The notes under the pieces were generated by a model, which worked only from the letters and a program-made list of their open reading frames with translations, had not been told where the DNA came from and did not search any database. A stretch of 63,033 bases of DNA, counting the filler, from Octopus bimaculoides (lineage: Eukaryota): assembly GCF_001194135.2 (NCBI RefSeq). It is 6 parts of 6 records of this genome, joined end to end, with 100 filler letters (N's around TTAATTAATTAA, not from the genome) between each part and the next. Parts side by side here need not be neighbours in the genome. Positions count along the whole stretch, not along the records: positions 58,999 to 63,033 come from NW_026307746.1; 5 more parts are not named here. One strand, 5' to 3'. Below are positions 62,001 through 63,033 of this stretch, one piece after another. Each line of letters opens with the position of its first letter. Positions within the stretch are counted from its first letter, which is position 1. A program made the translations under genes and the position numbers.

Positions 62001-63033
62001 NNNNNNNNNNNNNNNNNNNNNNNNNNNNNNNNNNNNNNNNNNNNNNNNNNNNNNNNNNNNNNNNNNNNNNNNNNNNNNNNNNNNNNNNNNNNNNNNNNNN
62101 NNNNNNNNNNNNNNNNNNNNNNNNNNNNNNNNNNNNNNNNNNNNNNNNNNNNNNNNNNNNNNNNNNNNNNNNNNNNNNNNNNNNNNNNNNNNNNNNNNNN
62201 NNNNNNNNNNNNNNNNNNNNATGAGCGAAGGAACAAAACGAACGAAAGTACGTAGGTACTTACGAACGAATGAACGAAAGATTGAACGCACGAAGATACG
62301 TACGAGCGAAAGAACGAACGAACGAAAGAAAGNNNNNNNNNNNNNNNNNNNNNNNNNNNNTTCGTTCGTACTTACGTACGTAACTTCTTTCTTTTGTTCG
62401 TTCGTTCGATAGTTCTTTCGTTCTATCCTTTGTTCGTTCTCTCGTACGTACGTTCGTTCGTTCGTACGTACGTACTTTNNNNNNNNNNNNNNNNNNNNNN
62501 NNNNNNNNNNNNNNNNNNNNNNNNNNNNNNNNNNNNNNNNNNNNNNNNNNNNNNNNNNNNNNNNNNCGTACGTAATTACGTACGTACGTACGAACGAACG
62601 ATCGAACGTACGTACGAACGAACGAACTAATGAACGAACGAACTAACGAACGAAAGTTCGAACATACGTACGTAGTATCGAACGAACGAATGAACGAACG
62701 AACGTACGTATNNNNNNNNNNNNNNNNNNNNNNNNNNNNNNNNNNNNNNNNNNNNNNNNNNNNNNNNNNNNNNNNNNNNNNNNNNNNNNNNNNNNNNNNN
62801 NNNNNNNNNNNNNNNNNNNNNNNNNNNNNNNNNNNNNNNNNNNNNNNNNNNNNNNNNNNNNNNNNNNNNNNNNNNNNNNNNNNNNNNNNNNNNNNNNNNN
62901 NNNNNNNNNNNNNNNNNNNNNNNNNNNNTACGAAGGAATGAACTAACGTATGTACGTACGTACGTACGTACGTACAAACGACTGAAAGAACGAACTAACG
63001 AATGAACGTACGTACTTACGTACTTACGAGCGA
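59045..63033. repeat. CpG-rich mosaic tetranucleotide satellite (ACGA/ACGT/ATGA units) with local inversions, heavily gapped
   Basis: Directly visible. AACG polarity flips to CGTT at ~60845-61065 and ~62361-62478. Confidence 0.9.

Overview
AT-rich, gap-riddled, repeat-saturated metazoan DNA. The SINE families and the (TA)n/(CA)n/(ATAG)n/(ATAC)n density suggest a cephalopod (Octopus) draft assembly, which is an inference. I found no intact host gene, only a few weak exon candidates. The window holds decayed mobile elements: the 3' half of a Ty3/Gypsy element with its LTR, an internally deleted Chapaev3-type (CMC) DNA transposon with TIRs and TTA TSDs, three R4/Dong-type RLE LINE pieces (one spanning RT-CCHC-RLE and ending in (AAT)n), Penelope-like RT and GIY-YIG fragments plus several pLTR-like pieces, mariner, DD37D/maT and pogo-type elements, a LINE ORF1-like remnant, and copies of at least four tRNA-derived SINE families. 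The most interesting structure is a 311-bp insertion at 10712-11022. It has a 13-bp TSD and joins a tRNA-like Pol III head, an (AAT)n spacer, a Penelope-type minimal hammerhead ribozyme and an inverted terminal segment, so it is a candidate Penelope-mobilised, ribozyme-bearing SINE. Also notable are a near-intact CUGUUGA-variant hammerhead at 43381-43417, telomere-like arrays and a ~4-kb CpG-dense ACGA/ACGT satellite with strand switches. Most ORFs in the supplied track are microsatellite or gap artefacts. Boundaries and alignments were read by eye and are approximate unless a TSD or TIR is quoted.
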